Shown here: one piece after another, positions 14,588 to 23,218 of the stretch
How positions within the stretch are numbered: position 1 is the first letter of the stretch
Layout: each line of letters starts with the position of its first letter
Source of the DNA: a virus
Lineage: Duplodnaviria; Caudoviricetes
IMG/VR virus record: IMGVR_UViG_3300011443_000049
Location: 1 to 25,737 of that record
Length of the DNA: 25,737 bases
Reading direction: 5' to 3' (one strand)
The notes under the pieces: generated by a model
Told to the model about the DNA's origin: nothing
The model's database searches: none
The model's input: only the letters and a program-made list of their open reading frames with translations
Made by a program: the position numbers and the translations under genes

Positions 14588-17035
14588 TCATGCTGCCTCC
14601 CCATCGTGAATGGTCATAGTCCTGGGATCAAACAGCACACGGCAGAAACCCACCGGGCCGTCGCGTTGTTTTCGCACGATCATCTCCATCGCGCCGGGGC
14701 GCTTTTCGGCAATGGCGGAATTGCGCTCTTTACGATCCTGCCACAGAAAAATCACGGTGTCGGCGTCCTGTTCGATCGAGTTGTGGGTTACGATCCCGTT
14801 CGCCTCGAAGTTGTGGGTTGCTGGCACGGTAAGGTCGAAGCATTCCTCTTCCCCGGCATATTCGACAGACCGCACCCGATCCCACATGATCCCGTTCATG
14901 ATCTCCTTCGTCGTCGTTGACGAACCGACCAGTCTTTCACTGGCTACCAGCACTTCGCGGGCACTCTCAATGTGGCGCATAGACCGGAACGGAATTCGAT
15001 TAGCGAACAAGGTAAGGGCTTCGCGCCCTCCAGTCAGGCGCACGTGATGGACCGGCCTGTACTCGCCCTTTCTGACGACACCCGCTGAACATAGAATTCC
15101 AAGACGCGATAGGAGGTACATGATGTCACCGGCTAAACCGTCGCTGGCCGTGCTGTAGTATCCGTAGCCGTGCGCTAGTTTGTTCCCTACCGCTCCAGTT
15201 CCGATACTTCCGTCCGATTCCCATAGCCCCGCCAAAAGGCTCAGCAGGTTCTCATTGGAGGCTCTCCAAATTGAAGCAGGCAGTCTCTTTTCATGCGCTC
15301 TCTTACCGAAGATTCCCTTCGTTTCCGCCCACTCAGAAACAACGCTTCTGACGCCGTGGGTGTGGCGGCGTGTAGATTTGAAAAATACCTGATGCCAGCC
15401 GCCCTGATTCCTGGGATTATCGAAAATGATTCTCGGACAGATACCGCTACCGAATACCGACCGCGCAGCTTCTGCAATATGCTCTGCCGTATGTTTATCC
15501 CGTGTTGTACACTGATGCGCGTGCGAAGGAAGCAAGCAGCCGTTTCCAATCATGTGGCCGAGAAAATACATTTCGTCAGCGCTCTGGTTGATGGCGTCCT
15601 TTGGTTCAGGGATCTCCGCGCAGATTGCAATTTCATCGTCGGCTGTCAGTTCGTCAACGCGCTTCCAGCTATCGTGGCTGTAGAAACGATGGTTTGCTGT
15701 CGCCGTAATCTCCCGGCCTGAAGCCGTTCTCACGCGATACACCGGCCTGACGCCGGTCGAAAATGCCCGACTACAACCCACTGAGCGGTGTTCAAGGAGA
15801 TCCCAACCGTGAACGCCAAAACCCGTTTTACCAACGAGTGACGATATTGGAATCCTCTCACCGGAATCGGACATGGTAACCAGCGTGTTCCCAATCAAAC
15901 AGCCGGATTCGCGTAAGTCCGTGAGTTCAGGCCGCCGCCCGTTGTCTTTCTCGCTGTCCCGGCTCAGTTGCGAGAGCACCAGCAGCGGGATGCGGAGTTC
16001 GCGGGCCGCAATCTTGAGTTGCCGCGATATTTCCGTGATCTCTTGGACGCGGGATTCCCGCCGGCGTGTGGTCTGGAGCAGTTGCAGGTAATCCACCACG
16101 ATCAGGCTCGGCTTCCGTCCGCTCGATCGCTGTTTCCGCACGGCTCCCACCAGCGCCGGGACGGTGCAGTTCGACTCTTCATCGATCCATAGCGGAGCCT
16201 CCGCAAGGTCCGTGGTGGCTCCGACCGCCGCGTGCCGGTCGATCAGCGACAAGCCTCCGCGATTGATCCGGCCCAACGAGATTTGGGCATGATGCGCCAC
16301 CATGCGGCGCCAGATTTGCGAGGCGTTCATTTCGAACGAAAACACGTCCGTCCCGTGGCCCGCGAGTGCCGCCGTTACCCCGATCTGCGCCGCCGCCGTG
16401 CTTTTCCCCATGCCGGGGCGGGCCGCGAGAATCACGAGTTGTGAGGCACGGAATCCACCGAGCAGTATCTCGCTGAGCGATTTCCACGGAGTAGGCACAA
16501 TCAGCTCGCGCCCGTTCGGGTGGAGTAGCCCGTCGATACCTCCCGCGCCAGCCAGATGCTCCTCGAGTCCGCGTAGTGAGCGCTGGTTAGTACGCTCCGT
16601 CAGGGATCGGAGAAACTCCTCGGCCCGGCTCACGGCCGCGATGTCCGCTGACGGGTGGCAGCACTCGGCAAGTAGCGCCTGGGCACGGATCGCCGCTTGC
16701 CGGAGAATGGTTTTCTGTCGCAACGTGCGGATATAGCCGTCCAGCCCGAATACCCGGGGGAGATCGTCGTCGAGCGACACGATGTAGCCGATTCCGTCCA
16801 CGGCCTCGAGCTTACCGGCTTTGCGGAGAGCGGTGCCGAGTTGCTGGGCGTCCAGATGCTCTCCGGATTCGATCAGGGCGCACGCAGCCGCAAACAGGAG
16901 CCGGTGCTTAGTGAGGCTAAAATCGTCGCCCTGGAGCGATCCTGCAATCATTGGCGCAGCTTCTACGTCGGTGAGCATGGCACCGAGTACGAGGCGCTCG
17001 ATTTCGAGAGCGGCGGGGAGTGCTACGTCAGTCAT
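14588..17035 (-). CDS. dnaB: Replicative DNA helicase DnaB containing an intein
   Basis: N-terminal EIERLVLGAML; ILAARPGMGKS Walker A; FSFEM; IVVDYLQL; LSQLSR; DLRESG|intein|SIEQDAD; KQRDGP. Confidence 0.97.
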   Translation of the reverse strand: MTDVALPAALEIERLVLGAMLTDVEAAPMIAGSLQGDDFSLTKHRLLFAAACALIESGEHLDAQQLGTALRKAGKLEAVDGIGYIVSLDDDLPRVFGLDGYIRTLRQKTILRQAAIRAQALLAECCHPSADIAAVSRAEEFLRSLTERTNQRSLRGLEEHLAGAGGIDGLLHPNGRELIVPTPWKSLSEILLGGFRASQLVILAARPGMGKSTAAAQIGVTAALAGHGTDVFSFEMNASQIWRRMVAHHAQISLGRINRGGLSLIDRHAAVGATTDLAEAPLWIDEESNCTVPALVGAVRKQRSSGRKPSLIVVDYLQLLQTTRRRESRVQEITEISRQLKIAARELRIPLLVLSQLSRDSEKDNGRRPELTDLRESGCLIGNTLVTMSDSGERIPISSLVGKTGFGVHGWDLLEHRSVGCSRAFSTGVRPVYRVRTASGREITATANHRFYSHDSWKRVDELTADDEIAICAEIPEPKDAINQSADEMYFLGHMIGNGCLLPSHAHQCTTRDKHTAEHIAEAARSVFGSGICPRIIFDNPRNQGGWHQVFFKSTRRHTHGVRSVVSEWAETKGIFGKRAHEKRLPASIWRASNENLLSLLAGLWESDGSIGTGAVGNKLAHGYGYYSTASDGLAGDIMYLLSRLGILCSAGVVRKGEYRPVHHVRLTGGREALTLFANRIPFRSMRHIESAREVLVASERLVGSSTTTKEIMNGIMWDRVRSVEYAGEEECFDLTVPATHNFEANGIVTHNSIEQDADTVIFLWQDRKERNSAIAEKRPGAMEMIVRKQRDGPVGFCRVLFDPRTMTIHDGEAA
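14780..15901 (-). mobile_element. Intein (374 aa) with LAGLIDADG homing endonuclease
   Basis: Starts CLIGNT; block B TANHRF; FLGHMIGNG and LLAGLWESDGS motifs; ends FDLTVPATHNFEANGIVTHN followed by Ser+1. Confidence 0.95.
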
Positions 17036-17717
17036 CGGCAGATACTCCGATGGTCAACTGTTCGGCTACCGGCTCCGGCTGGCCGAAGTCCATCACGGCT
17101 TGAGCCAGCCGCTTCACCGCGATTTCGCAGTAGCGCTCCTCAATCTCGACCCCGATGGCGCGGCGGCCAAGCTGCTTCGCTGCTACCAGCGTCGTGCCGC
17201 TACCCATGAATGGGTCGAGGATTAATCCGCCCTCGTCACAGAATCGCGATGCAAGCCAACTCGAGAACGCAACAGGCTTAGGGCATGGATGGCCGAATGA
17301 TCCAAGCAATTCCGGTTGGACGGTGAATAGGTCGTGTGAATGGCGGTGGACATCCGACCCATACACAAACACAGGTTCCCAGTCGGTGAAGCCAATCGCG
17401 GACGGCCTCGAGGTTATTCCTTTGCGCCAGCAGATCCGCCAGCGCGGGGGAAGTTCGCGGTACAGGAACAACTCGAGCTCATAACAGCCAATCGTCGTCA
17501 GCACTACCTTCGAGATGGCGACACATGCCGGAATGAATGCGCTGTATAGCGCCTTCACGCCCTCGAGCGAATCAATGAAGCTGCCCGCGTATTCCTTGCC
17601 GACACCATACGGCGGGTCCGTCAGCACCAGATCCACCGGCCCGAGCGTGGGCAGGATCTCGCGGCAGTCGCCGTGGTAGATGACGATACCGGCCTCTTCG
17701 TAGTACGGCTTAGTCAT
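17028..17717 (-). CDS. N4-cytosine/N6-adenine DNA methyltransferase (beta class, 229 aa)
   Basis: LVLTDPPYG, HPCPKP, ILDPFMGSGTT; paralogue of 6523..7215. Confidence 0.95.
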   Translation of the reverse strand: MTKPYYEEAGIVIYHGDCREILPTLGPVDLVLTDPPYGVGKEYAGSFIDSLEGVKALYSAFIPACVAISKVVLTTIGCYELELFLYRELPPRWRICWRKGITSRPSAIGFTDWEPVFVYGSDVHRHSHDLFTVQPELLGSFGHPCPKPVAFSSWLASRFCDEGGLILDPFMGSGTTLVAAKQLGRRAIGVEIEERYCEIAVKRLAQAVMDFGQPEPVAEQLTIGVSADD

Positions 17718-18489
17718 CGGCCCCCGGCCTCCACTCCGGGACGCTCGGGCCATCGTCGGCAGCAGCGGAAAAGTCAACCGGCTCATCGTCGTAGCGCCCT
17801 TGATTCAGCCACGTTGACGGGTGTAACACGCCCCGCGATTGTGCTTGAGCCTCCCGCAGCAACATCGGGCCGTCACGCTTCGCCGCTGCGATGATTCGAT
17901 CTGCAATCGAGCGGTTTATCGCCTTTCGGTAGAAGCAATTACGGGCGTAGTCCGTTCCCTTTTTTGCCCACACAACCGACCAGAAGGCGTTGAATGCCTC
18001 TAGTTTCCACGATGGCTGCTCTTTCGGTTCTTCGGGAGAAAGCGCAAACAACGCGTCGCCGTTGGGCGACGCTTCTGTGTCTGTGTCTGTCTTCTGATTC
18101 TGTACTCTGACTCTGTCGCGCGCGCGAGGCGTTACTTTTCCGTTACCTGTAACGTTACCGCCGCCGTTACTTTGACGCTCACGCCACCGTTTCACACGCT
18201 CATTTGAAACGTCGCTTTCGTACTGGTGTTCCTCCCAGTCGTGAGGTCTGTAACGCCCATCCTCCGTTACATCAAACAGCGCGGTAACGGCATCAAATGA
18301 CTTCTGAAAATGCTCCGGCGTCATGCGGAGCCGGAAGGCGCAGACCGTAGGGGCTGGAAGGTAGCCGTCGTGTTCCTTAGCGACGCACCAGAGGTTGATG
18401 ACGAAGCGGAACAGGCGATCCGGGAGGAGTTGAATCTTGGCGTTGTCGAGGATAGCGGTGTACAACCTAAGCCAAGGTTGTCTAGGCAT
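17710..18489 (-). CDS. Phage replication initiator (lambda O-like organisation)
   Basis: WLRLYTAILDNAKIQLL N-terminus; SNERVKRWRER; FNAFW...KKG...HPSTWLNQGRYDDE C-terminus; internal iterons; upstream of dnaB. Confidence 0.85.
   Translation of the reverse strand: MPRQPWLRLYTAILDNAKIQLLPDRLFRFVINLWCVAKEHDGYLPAPTVCAFRLRMTPEHFQKSFDAVTALFDVTEDGRYRPHDWEEHQYESDVSNERVKRWRERQSNGGGNVTGNGKVTPRARDRVRVQNQKTDTDTEASPNGDALFALSPEEPKEQPSWKLEAFNAFWSVVWAKKGTDYARNCFYRKAINRSIADRIIAAAKRDGPMLLREAQAQSRGVLHPSTWLNQGRYDDEPVDFSAAADDGPSVPEWRPGADD
18074..18170. repeat. Putative origin: CGTTAC iterons and a TCTG tract with 6-nt period inside the initiator gene
   Basis: CGTTAC at 18130, 18141, 18153 and 18165 (11-12 nt spacing); TCTG repeats across 18074-18116. 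Confidence 0.65.
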
Positions 18490-18622
18490 ATAGCCGCTTT
18501 TCCTCAAGCAACAGATTACACCAGTGGGCCTCCGCTACCAGTTCGCAGATGTACTGCTGCTCGTCAGTTAAGTCATCATTGATGATTGGCTCGTCGTGAG
18601 CCGTGGTGTGTCCTTTATCCAT
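18482..18622 (-). CDS. Small acidic hypothetical protein (46 aa, MDKGHTTAHDEPIINDDLTDEQQY...)
   Basis: AGGAG RBS; stop overlaps the initiator start. Confidence 0.55.
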   Translation of the reverse strand: MDKGHTTAHDEPIINDDLTDEQQYICELVAEAHWCNLLLEEKRLYA

Positions 18623-18630
18623 TCGCACTC

Positions 18631-18768
18631 CTAAAGGACGTTGGGAGCGGGAGTGCGCCACGCCCCCCTCCGTCCGATTGTTACGCCGTAGGGATCAACT
18701 GCGGCGCGAGCCTTGCGGCTCCAGTCCAGCATACGGCATCGCGGGCGGGGATGCAAGCGGATCACCAT
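18631..18768 (-). CDS. Hypothetical protein (45 aa)
   Basis: GGGGAGG RBS; overlaps the upstream stop. Confidence 0.4.
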   Translation of the reverse strand: MVIRLHPRPRCRMLDWSRKARAAVDPYGVTIGRRGAWRTPAPNVL

Positions 18769-18971
18769 AGCCTCCCCTGTTCGCCCTTCGTCTCGCGCAG
18801 CGGCCCGTCGAGAGGCTCCGGCGGCCGGCAGATCACGCAGCACGCCGCGCAGGAGAGCCGCTCCTGGGCCACCTGGTAATGCGCCGGTTCCAAGCGAGCG
18901 CCGCACACCGGACAGGCGCCGCTGACGTTGATCGGCTGGTAGCAGGGCGGCAGGGTGGGAGGCGGCTTCAT
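18762..18971 (-). CDS. Zinc-ribbon protein (69 aa)
   Basis: ATGA overlap; CPVCG...CAACCVIC. Confidence 0.6.
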   Translation of the reverse strand: MKPPPTLPPCYQPINVSGACPVCGARLEPAHYQVAQERLSCAACCVICRPPEPLDGPLRETKGEQGRLW

Positions 18972-19993
18972 GCGCGTGCAGCCTCCTGCATTTCGGTGAG
19001 CGAGAACAGCGCTGGCGGTTTCAGGCAGTGAGGCGAAAACCAAAGCCGCTCACGTCCCGAGTTATCCCGTGCCGCGTTGTTACCTTGCGATCCATACCCT
19101 CCGCGCGCCTTCCACGCGATGCAAACCCATTCGCTCGGCATGGCGTGTTCGCCGTCGTAGCCGCACAGCGCGATTCGCATCCGTGGGTCCGCGCCCCATT
19201 CAATAGCCCACTCGCGGACGGCGTGCGCTACGCTGCCATCGTCGGACGAATACAGATCATCGGTGCGCTCGGCTTCGTCAGCGTATGGCGGATCGAGGAA
19301 TACTCCCGTGATGCCATGCTTGACCGTTGGCGAAGGGCCGCAGATCCGGCTCCAATCTCCGCAACAGACACGCACATTGCGCAGCCTTTCCGCAAGTTCG
19401 CGCATGTAGGCGACGATCTGCGACCGCCTTCGCGTTCCCGAGATGGGGTCGCTTACGAGACATTCGCCCGTGCCCGCGTCCCCGAGATGGGGTAGCTGGC
19501 GGTTCAGCCCTTTGCCCGCGTTCCCGAGATGGGGTCGCTTACGATGCACGCCCGTGCCCGCGTCCCCGAGATGGGGTAGCTCGACCGAGCACCATCCCGA
19601 TCCAATCCAGATGCATTGTCCCCATACCCACCACCCTGCAATCTTGACATCGAAATACTCCGGGTCCACCTTCATCCGCTCACGGAACTCTTCGCGCGAG
19701 CAGAGCCACAAATGCCGCGCGTGCTGATCGGCTTCATTAACGGGCCAGTCCGCATGGTGCGCCACGGCGTCAGGATCGGCCTGTAGTGCGCGCCAGAAGT
19801 TCGCCACCATGCAATCCAGGTCGTTCACCGTCTCGGTGCCAGCGGGCCACGGGCGGCCCAACAAAACGGCTCCTGAGCCGAAAAACGGCTCCACGTAGTT
19901 TGGCACGTCGCCGAAGCGATCCCACAAAAGATTAGCAACGCGGGATTTGCCACCGAACCACGGGAAAGGGGCTTTAAGAACGCCCTGCTTCAT
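18968..19993 (-). CDS. Dam/D12-class DNA adenine methyltransferase with internal PHLG(D/N)AG repeats (341 aa)
   Basis: KAPFPWFGGKSR, YVEPFFGSGAVLL, ETVNDLD, VFLDPPY. Confidence 0.93.
   Translation of the reverse strand: MKQGVLKAPFPWFGGKSRVANLLWDRFGDVPNYVEPFFGSGAVLLGRPWPAGTETVNDLDCMVANFWRALQADPDAVAHHADWPVNEADQHARHLWLCSREEFRERMKVDPEYFDVKIAGWWVWGQCIWIGSGWCSVELPHLGDAGTGVHRKRPHLGNAGKGLNRQLPHLGDAGTGECLVSDPISGTRRRSQIVAYMRELAERLRNVRVCCGDWSRICGPSPTVKHGITGVFLDPPYADEAERTDDLYSSDDGSVAHAVREWAIEWGADPRMRIALCGYDGEHAMPSEWVCIAWKARGGYGSQGNNAARDNSGRERLWFSPHCLKPPALFSLTEMQEAARA
19431..19581. repeat. Intragenic A-B-A-B repeat
   Basis: 33-nt unit at 19465-19497 and 19549-19581; 27-nt unit at 19431-19457 and 19517-19543; exact copies. 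Confidence 0.9.
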
Positions 19994-20211
19994 CCCGCCA
20001 ACCTCCCGCGCAGGCTCTCCGGCGGCCATACGGCGCCGCTCACGGCGTCCTCGATGTACCAGCCTGTCGTGTTGCTGCCGGAGAGGATGCGGGCCGTCTC
20101 GACGGCCGCCGCTAGGTTGCTGAAGCGCCCGCGCGGAACGTCGAACACGACGGCCACGAAGCGGTGTGATGGCCCGAGGTACGGCGGGCCTGGTTGCGGC
20201 TTAATCGGCAT
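19990..20211 (-). CDS. Hypothetical protein (73 aa)
   Basis: Coupled overlaps at both ends; AAGGCGG upstream. Confidence 0.55.
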   Translation of the reverse strand: MPIKPQPGPPYLGPSHRFVAVVFDVPRGRFSNLAAAVETARILSGSNTTGWYIEDAVSGAVWPPESLRGRLAG

Positions 20212-20621
20212 CACGCGCCGCCTTTCTTGCGGCGGAGCCACTCATTCACGATGATGGTTTCAATTGGGGTGAGTAGATCGCGGTTGAGTTCGCTCCAATT
20301 CGGCCCGTGGCCTTTTTCCATCCACTGCGCAAATGGTGCAAGCGCCTCAGCCCGCACCCGCGCGTCGTGCGCCGCGAGGAGATCGACGGGCTTGGTCGCG
20401 AGCGCTTCGGCAGCAGCCTCCCACGCTTCGCACGGCGCCCTCAGGCGTGTCGGGTAAATGGCCCTGGTTCCATCGTCCAGCCGTTCGTGGCCGTTTTGCC
20501 ATGCGGCGGCGAATGGACGGAGCGCGGCCCGCAGCGCCTCGACCTGCGCCGTGAAGTACGGGCAGCCGCCCGCTGATCCGCACTGCCGTATTTCCTTCGT
20601 GTAGATCCGCACGTCAGGCAT
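20211..20621 (-). CDS. Hypothetical protein (136 aa)
   Basis: AAGGAG RBS; LLAAHDARVRAEAL phage-type motif. Confidence 0.65.
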   Translation of the reverse strand: MPDVRIYTKEIRQCGSAGGCPYFTAQVEALRAALRPFAAAWQNGHERLDDGTRAIYPTRLRAPCEAWEAAAEALATKPVDLLAAHDARVRAEALAPFAQWMEKGHGPNWSELNRDLLTPIETIIVNEWLRRKKGGA

Positions 20622-21399
20622 CGGCTTTCTCCTTACATTCCTTCGGGTACTCCCGCACCTGCAATCCCTCCGGGAACATCGGAAAGTCCATCGGCTTGCC
20701 CTTCACGCAGAGTTGCTTCATGTGGAATGCGATGCTGAGTCTGTCGCACTCAGATCGGAGTCTCTCGTACCACTCCAGTTGCGATGGTCGAGCCTTCCGG
20801 CCGCTTTCGTCTCCGCAGATCAGCCAGTCAGGGACGCGCCCGCCCGTCGCCGGGTTGTCGGTAAAGCGAATCGGGCCGATCGCCGGTTCGTAACTGATGC
20901 CACGAATTGCCGCCGGAATTTCGGAAAGCGCGCGCCACCGCCACCAATACTCGCCGCTCTCCACTGTGGTCATGAGCCACACGTTAGGGCGCGGTGTAGT
21001 CATCCACGAAAGCGGTAAGAATCGACGGAAGTTCTGCGGGCGCTTCGTGAGCAGAAGCCAGTCGAGATTCGGCGTCTGCTCGATCAACCGGTACAGGCGC
21101 AACCGCTCGCCGTGTAGATCGTCGCGCTCCTCCATTACGTCGCACATGGAGCCGCAGAACACGCGCCGGCGCTCCCCATCCTTCTCAGCCCGCCGGTTCC
21201 ACTTGAGCGGCTCGGCCCAGTGCGCATCACCGAAGAACCGGCGTGGCGCATCCTTGCCCCAGTGCCCCCCGCCTAAGCGATGGTCAAACTCACGGGCATA
21301 GCAAAAATCGCAGGCTGGCGATACTTCGACACAACCCCAAAAAGGGTTAAAAGTGAAGTCCGTCCACGAGATCCCGTCAGGTTTCTGCTTACCCATCAT
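20614..21399 (-). CDS. DUF5131 / phage Gp37Gp68 family protein (three-Cys, radical-SAM-like)
   Basis: ISWTDFTFNPFWGCVEVSPACDFCYA, RRVFCGSMCD, WLLLTKRPQN, ISYEP, DWLICGDESG, VREYP. Confidence 0.92.
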   Translation of the reverse strand: MMGKQKPDGISWTDFTFNPFWGCVEVSPACDFCYAREFDHRLGGGHWGKDAPRRFFGDAHWAEPLKWNRRAEKDGERRRVFCGSMCDVMEERDDLHGERLRLYRLIEQTPNLDWLLLTKRPQNFRRFLPLSWMTTPRPNVWLMTTVESGEYWWRWRALSEIPAAIRGISYEPAIGPIRFTDNPATGGRVPDWLICGDESGRKARPSQLEWYERLRSECDRLSIAFHMKQLCVKGKPMDFPMFPEGLQVREYPKECKEKADA

Positions 21400-21617
21400 C
21401 CCCTCCGTTGCGTCAGCCGCAACTTCCGCCCTAGTGTTATGTGCCACGCCACCCGCTTCTTCCTCCGCTTGCCGCGCGGCTTTCCGTGGCTCGGGATCGG
21501 GCGTGGCGGCATCAACCCAGCTTCCGCGCACGCCAGCACGTCGGCCGGGATCTTGGCGGGCGGAGTGTCGCCCCAGCCGGAGGCGATGAGCAGATCGACG
21601 GTGCGGAGTCTGGTCAC
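21396..21617 (-). CDS. Small basic hypothetical protein (73 aa)
   Basis: GAGGAGG RBS before GTG; stop overlaps the next ATG. Confidence 0.5.
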   Translation of the reverse strand: MTRLRTVDLLIASGWGDTPPAKIPADVLACAEAGLMPPRPIPSHGKPRGKRRKKRVAWHITLGRKLRLTQRRG

Positions 21618-21642
21618 GGCGCGATAACCTCCTCAAGCCACG

Positions 21643-22059
21643 TCATAGCCCCTGCCTCCGAAGTAGCCCGCTCTGCCTGTAGAACGCCATGAAGCCTTCG
21701 ATAGACGCGGGGAAGTCCACCCCCGCGATCCACGTCAGCGCTCCCCGCGCCCGCTCCGCACGGTGCCAATCCAGTTGCTTCAGCGACGGCTTCCCCTTGG
21801 CGGATTTGAATTCGATCCAAAGCACTTCGCAATTCCACCGCTTGCATTTCATCCAGGGATAATCGTTCGGCTCTTTCTGCCCGATGTGCCTGTCGAACAA
21901 CTCAATGTCCCCGTACCGAATGTACAGCCGATCCGCCATGCCGATTTCGCCAAAACCCTTCCCGCGCGCGCGGTCACTCACGGGGTCCGTTTTCAGCGAC
22001 CGCCACCCGTCCAACTCCAGGAAATCCGAGCACGTCCGCTCGATGTCACGCTCTTTCAC
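21643..22059 (-). CDS. VRR-NUC domain nuclease / Holliday junction resolvase-like (138 aa)
   Basis: KERDIE...GMADRL...WIEFKSAKGKPSLKQLDW...RG. Confidence 0.85.
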   Translation of the reverse strand: MKERDIERTCSDFLELDGWRSLKTDPVSDRARGKGFGEIGMADRLYIRYGDIELFDRHIGQKEPNDYPWMKCKRWNCEVLWIEFKSAKGKPSLKQLDWHRAERARGALTWIAGVDFPASIEGFMAFYRQSGLLRRQGL

Positions 22060-22148
22060 ACGCTCTCCCTCTTTGCCCGCTTCATCTCGCGTTTGCCGGG
22101 AGCAGGTATCCACTCCCGCCCCCGGCCCTTTCGGAGCAGGGTGCCTTT

Positions 22149-22379
22149 CTATGTGAAATGCAGCCTTGCGGCAGGGGATCGCTCCCGTGCGGCGCACCGG
22201 TCAGCGGCTATTTCTTGCCACTCCTGGAGGTCAAGCCAGTGATGCGCCGCACGCGGGCTATCCCGTAGCTCCCACGGGCCGCTCATTAGCGATGTTGTTC
22301 CGAGCAGCCGCGGCAGCCGGCCTGCGAGACAAATCGGGGCCGCGTTCGCGCTGGCGCGGCTCCGTGCAGCGTTGGTCAT
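22149..22379 (-). CDS. Hypothetical protein (76 aa)
   Basis: ATGA overlap with the PAPS reductase stop; weak coding evidence. Confidence 0.35.
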   Translation of the reverse strand: MTNAARSRASANAAPICLAGRLPRLLGTTSLMSGPWELRDSPRAAHHWLDLQEWQEIAADRCAARERSPAARLHFT

Positions 22380-23218
22380 GCAATTTCAAAGCCTCCCGCC
22401 ATCGCCCGCTGGTCACACGATGAGCACAGCGGACCCGTGAACTCCAATTTCAGTTGCTTCTTGCTCGCGCGCGGCGGTCGCGTACCCCACACACAATGCT
22501 TCCCGTTGGCCTCCGCGATCACCGATAAGCGGTCAATCTCTGCCGCAACATCGGGAGCGAATTGCCGAATTAGATTGATCTCATATGGTCTGGCGAAGGC
22601 TCCACAAAAGCACTCACCGGACATCCCAAGCGGCGATAGCTTGATCGGATTGCGCGGGAGCGCGTAGGCGTCCATAAACTCCTTCTGCATCTCTACCGTC
22701 CAGTCATGGATAGGCGCTGTCCAAATGCGACGCTTCTCGCGGACCTGTCCGGTTCGCTTGCTCGCTTCCCCGATCTTGACCGGCTCAACGTGCCCCATGC
22801 GCCGCTCGCTCTCGGCGGATCGGCACCCGGTTATCAGTGCAACACGCTCTTTTTGCGCCTTCACAATCATCCGAACACAGCGGTCCTTTAAGCGGTTATA
22901 GACATGCCCATGAAATCCAGGACCAGGAAACCCACTGATTGAAACGAATTTCTCGTATGTCTCCAGCGACTTGTATACCAACAGTTTCCACCCCATATCC
23001 CGGCACAATTCTTCAACGAACGCCCGCGTCCGCTTAGCTCCAATCCCGGTATCAATGTGATGCGCCGCGCCGTCGAACTTAGGATGCTGCGAAGCTATGA
23101 AGCACGCACAGATGGAATCGTGTCCACCGGAGAGCATCGGCGCAAGGCTGGTCGCACCAGCGGCGAAAGCATCGTCGATGACGGCCAGTGCTCGACTGAG
23201 TAGATCGGCGGCGTTCAT
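22376..23218 (-). CDS. PAPS reductase family (PP-loop) protein (280 aa)
   Basis: LSGGHDS PP-loop, IDTGIG, GFPGP, ITGCRSAESERR, PIHDW, SGECFCGAFA. Confidence 0.9.
   Translation of the reverse strand: MNAADLLSRALAVIDDAFAAGATSLAPMLSGGHDSICACFIASQHPKFDGAAHHIDTGIGAKRTRAFVEELCRDMGWKLLVYKSLETYEKFVSISGFPGPGFHGHVYNRLKDRCVRMIVKAQKERVALITGCRSAESERRMGHVEPVKIGEASKRTGQVREKRRIWTAPIHDWTVEMQKEFMDAYALPRNPIKLSPLGMSGECFCGAFARPYEINLIRQFAPDVAAEIDRLSVIAEANGKHCVWGTRPPRASKKQLKLEFTGPLCSSCDQRAMAGGFEIA

Noticed and set aside
14499-18607. 13-bp direct repeat CGTGAGCCGTGGT (14499-14511, 18595-18607) flanking the replication module
   Set aside because: Several 13-mer matches are expected by chance in 25 kb of GC-rich DNA, and one copy lies inside an ORF.
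19431-19581. CRISPR-like mini-array
   Set aside because: The repeats alternate between two units, have very short spacers, lie inside a coding MTase, and there are no cas genes.
21614-21646. Possible further frameshift joining MTWLEEVIA to ORF 21396..21617
   Set aside because: The same bases form a good GAGGAGG RBS for the GTG at 21617, so no lesion needs to be invoked.
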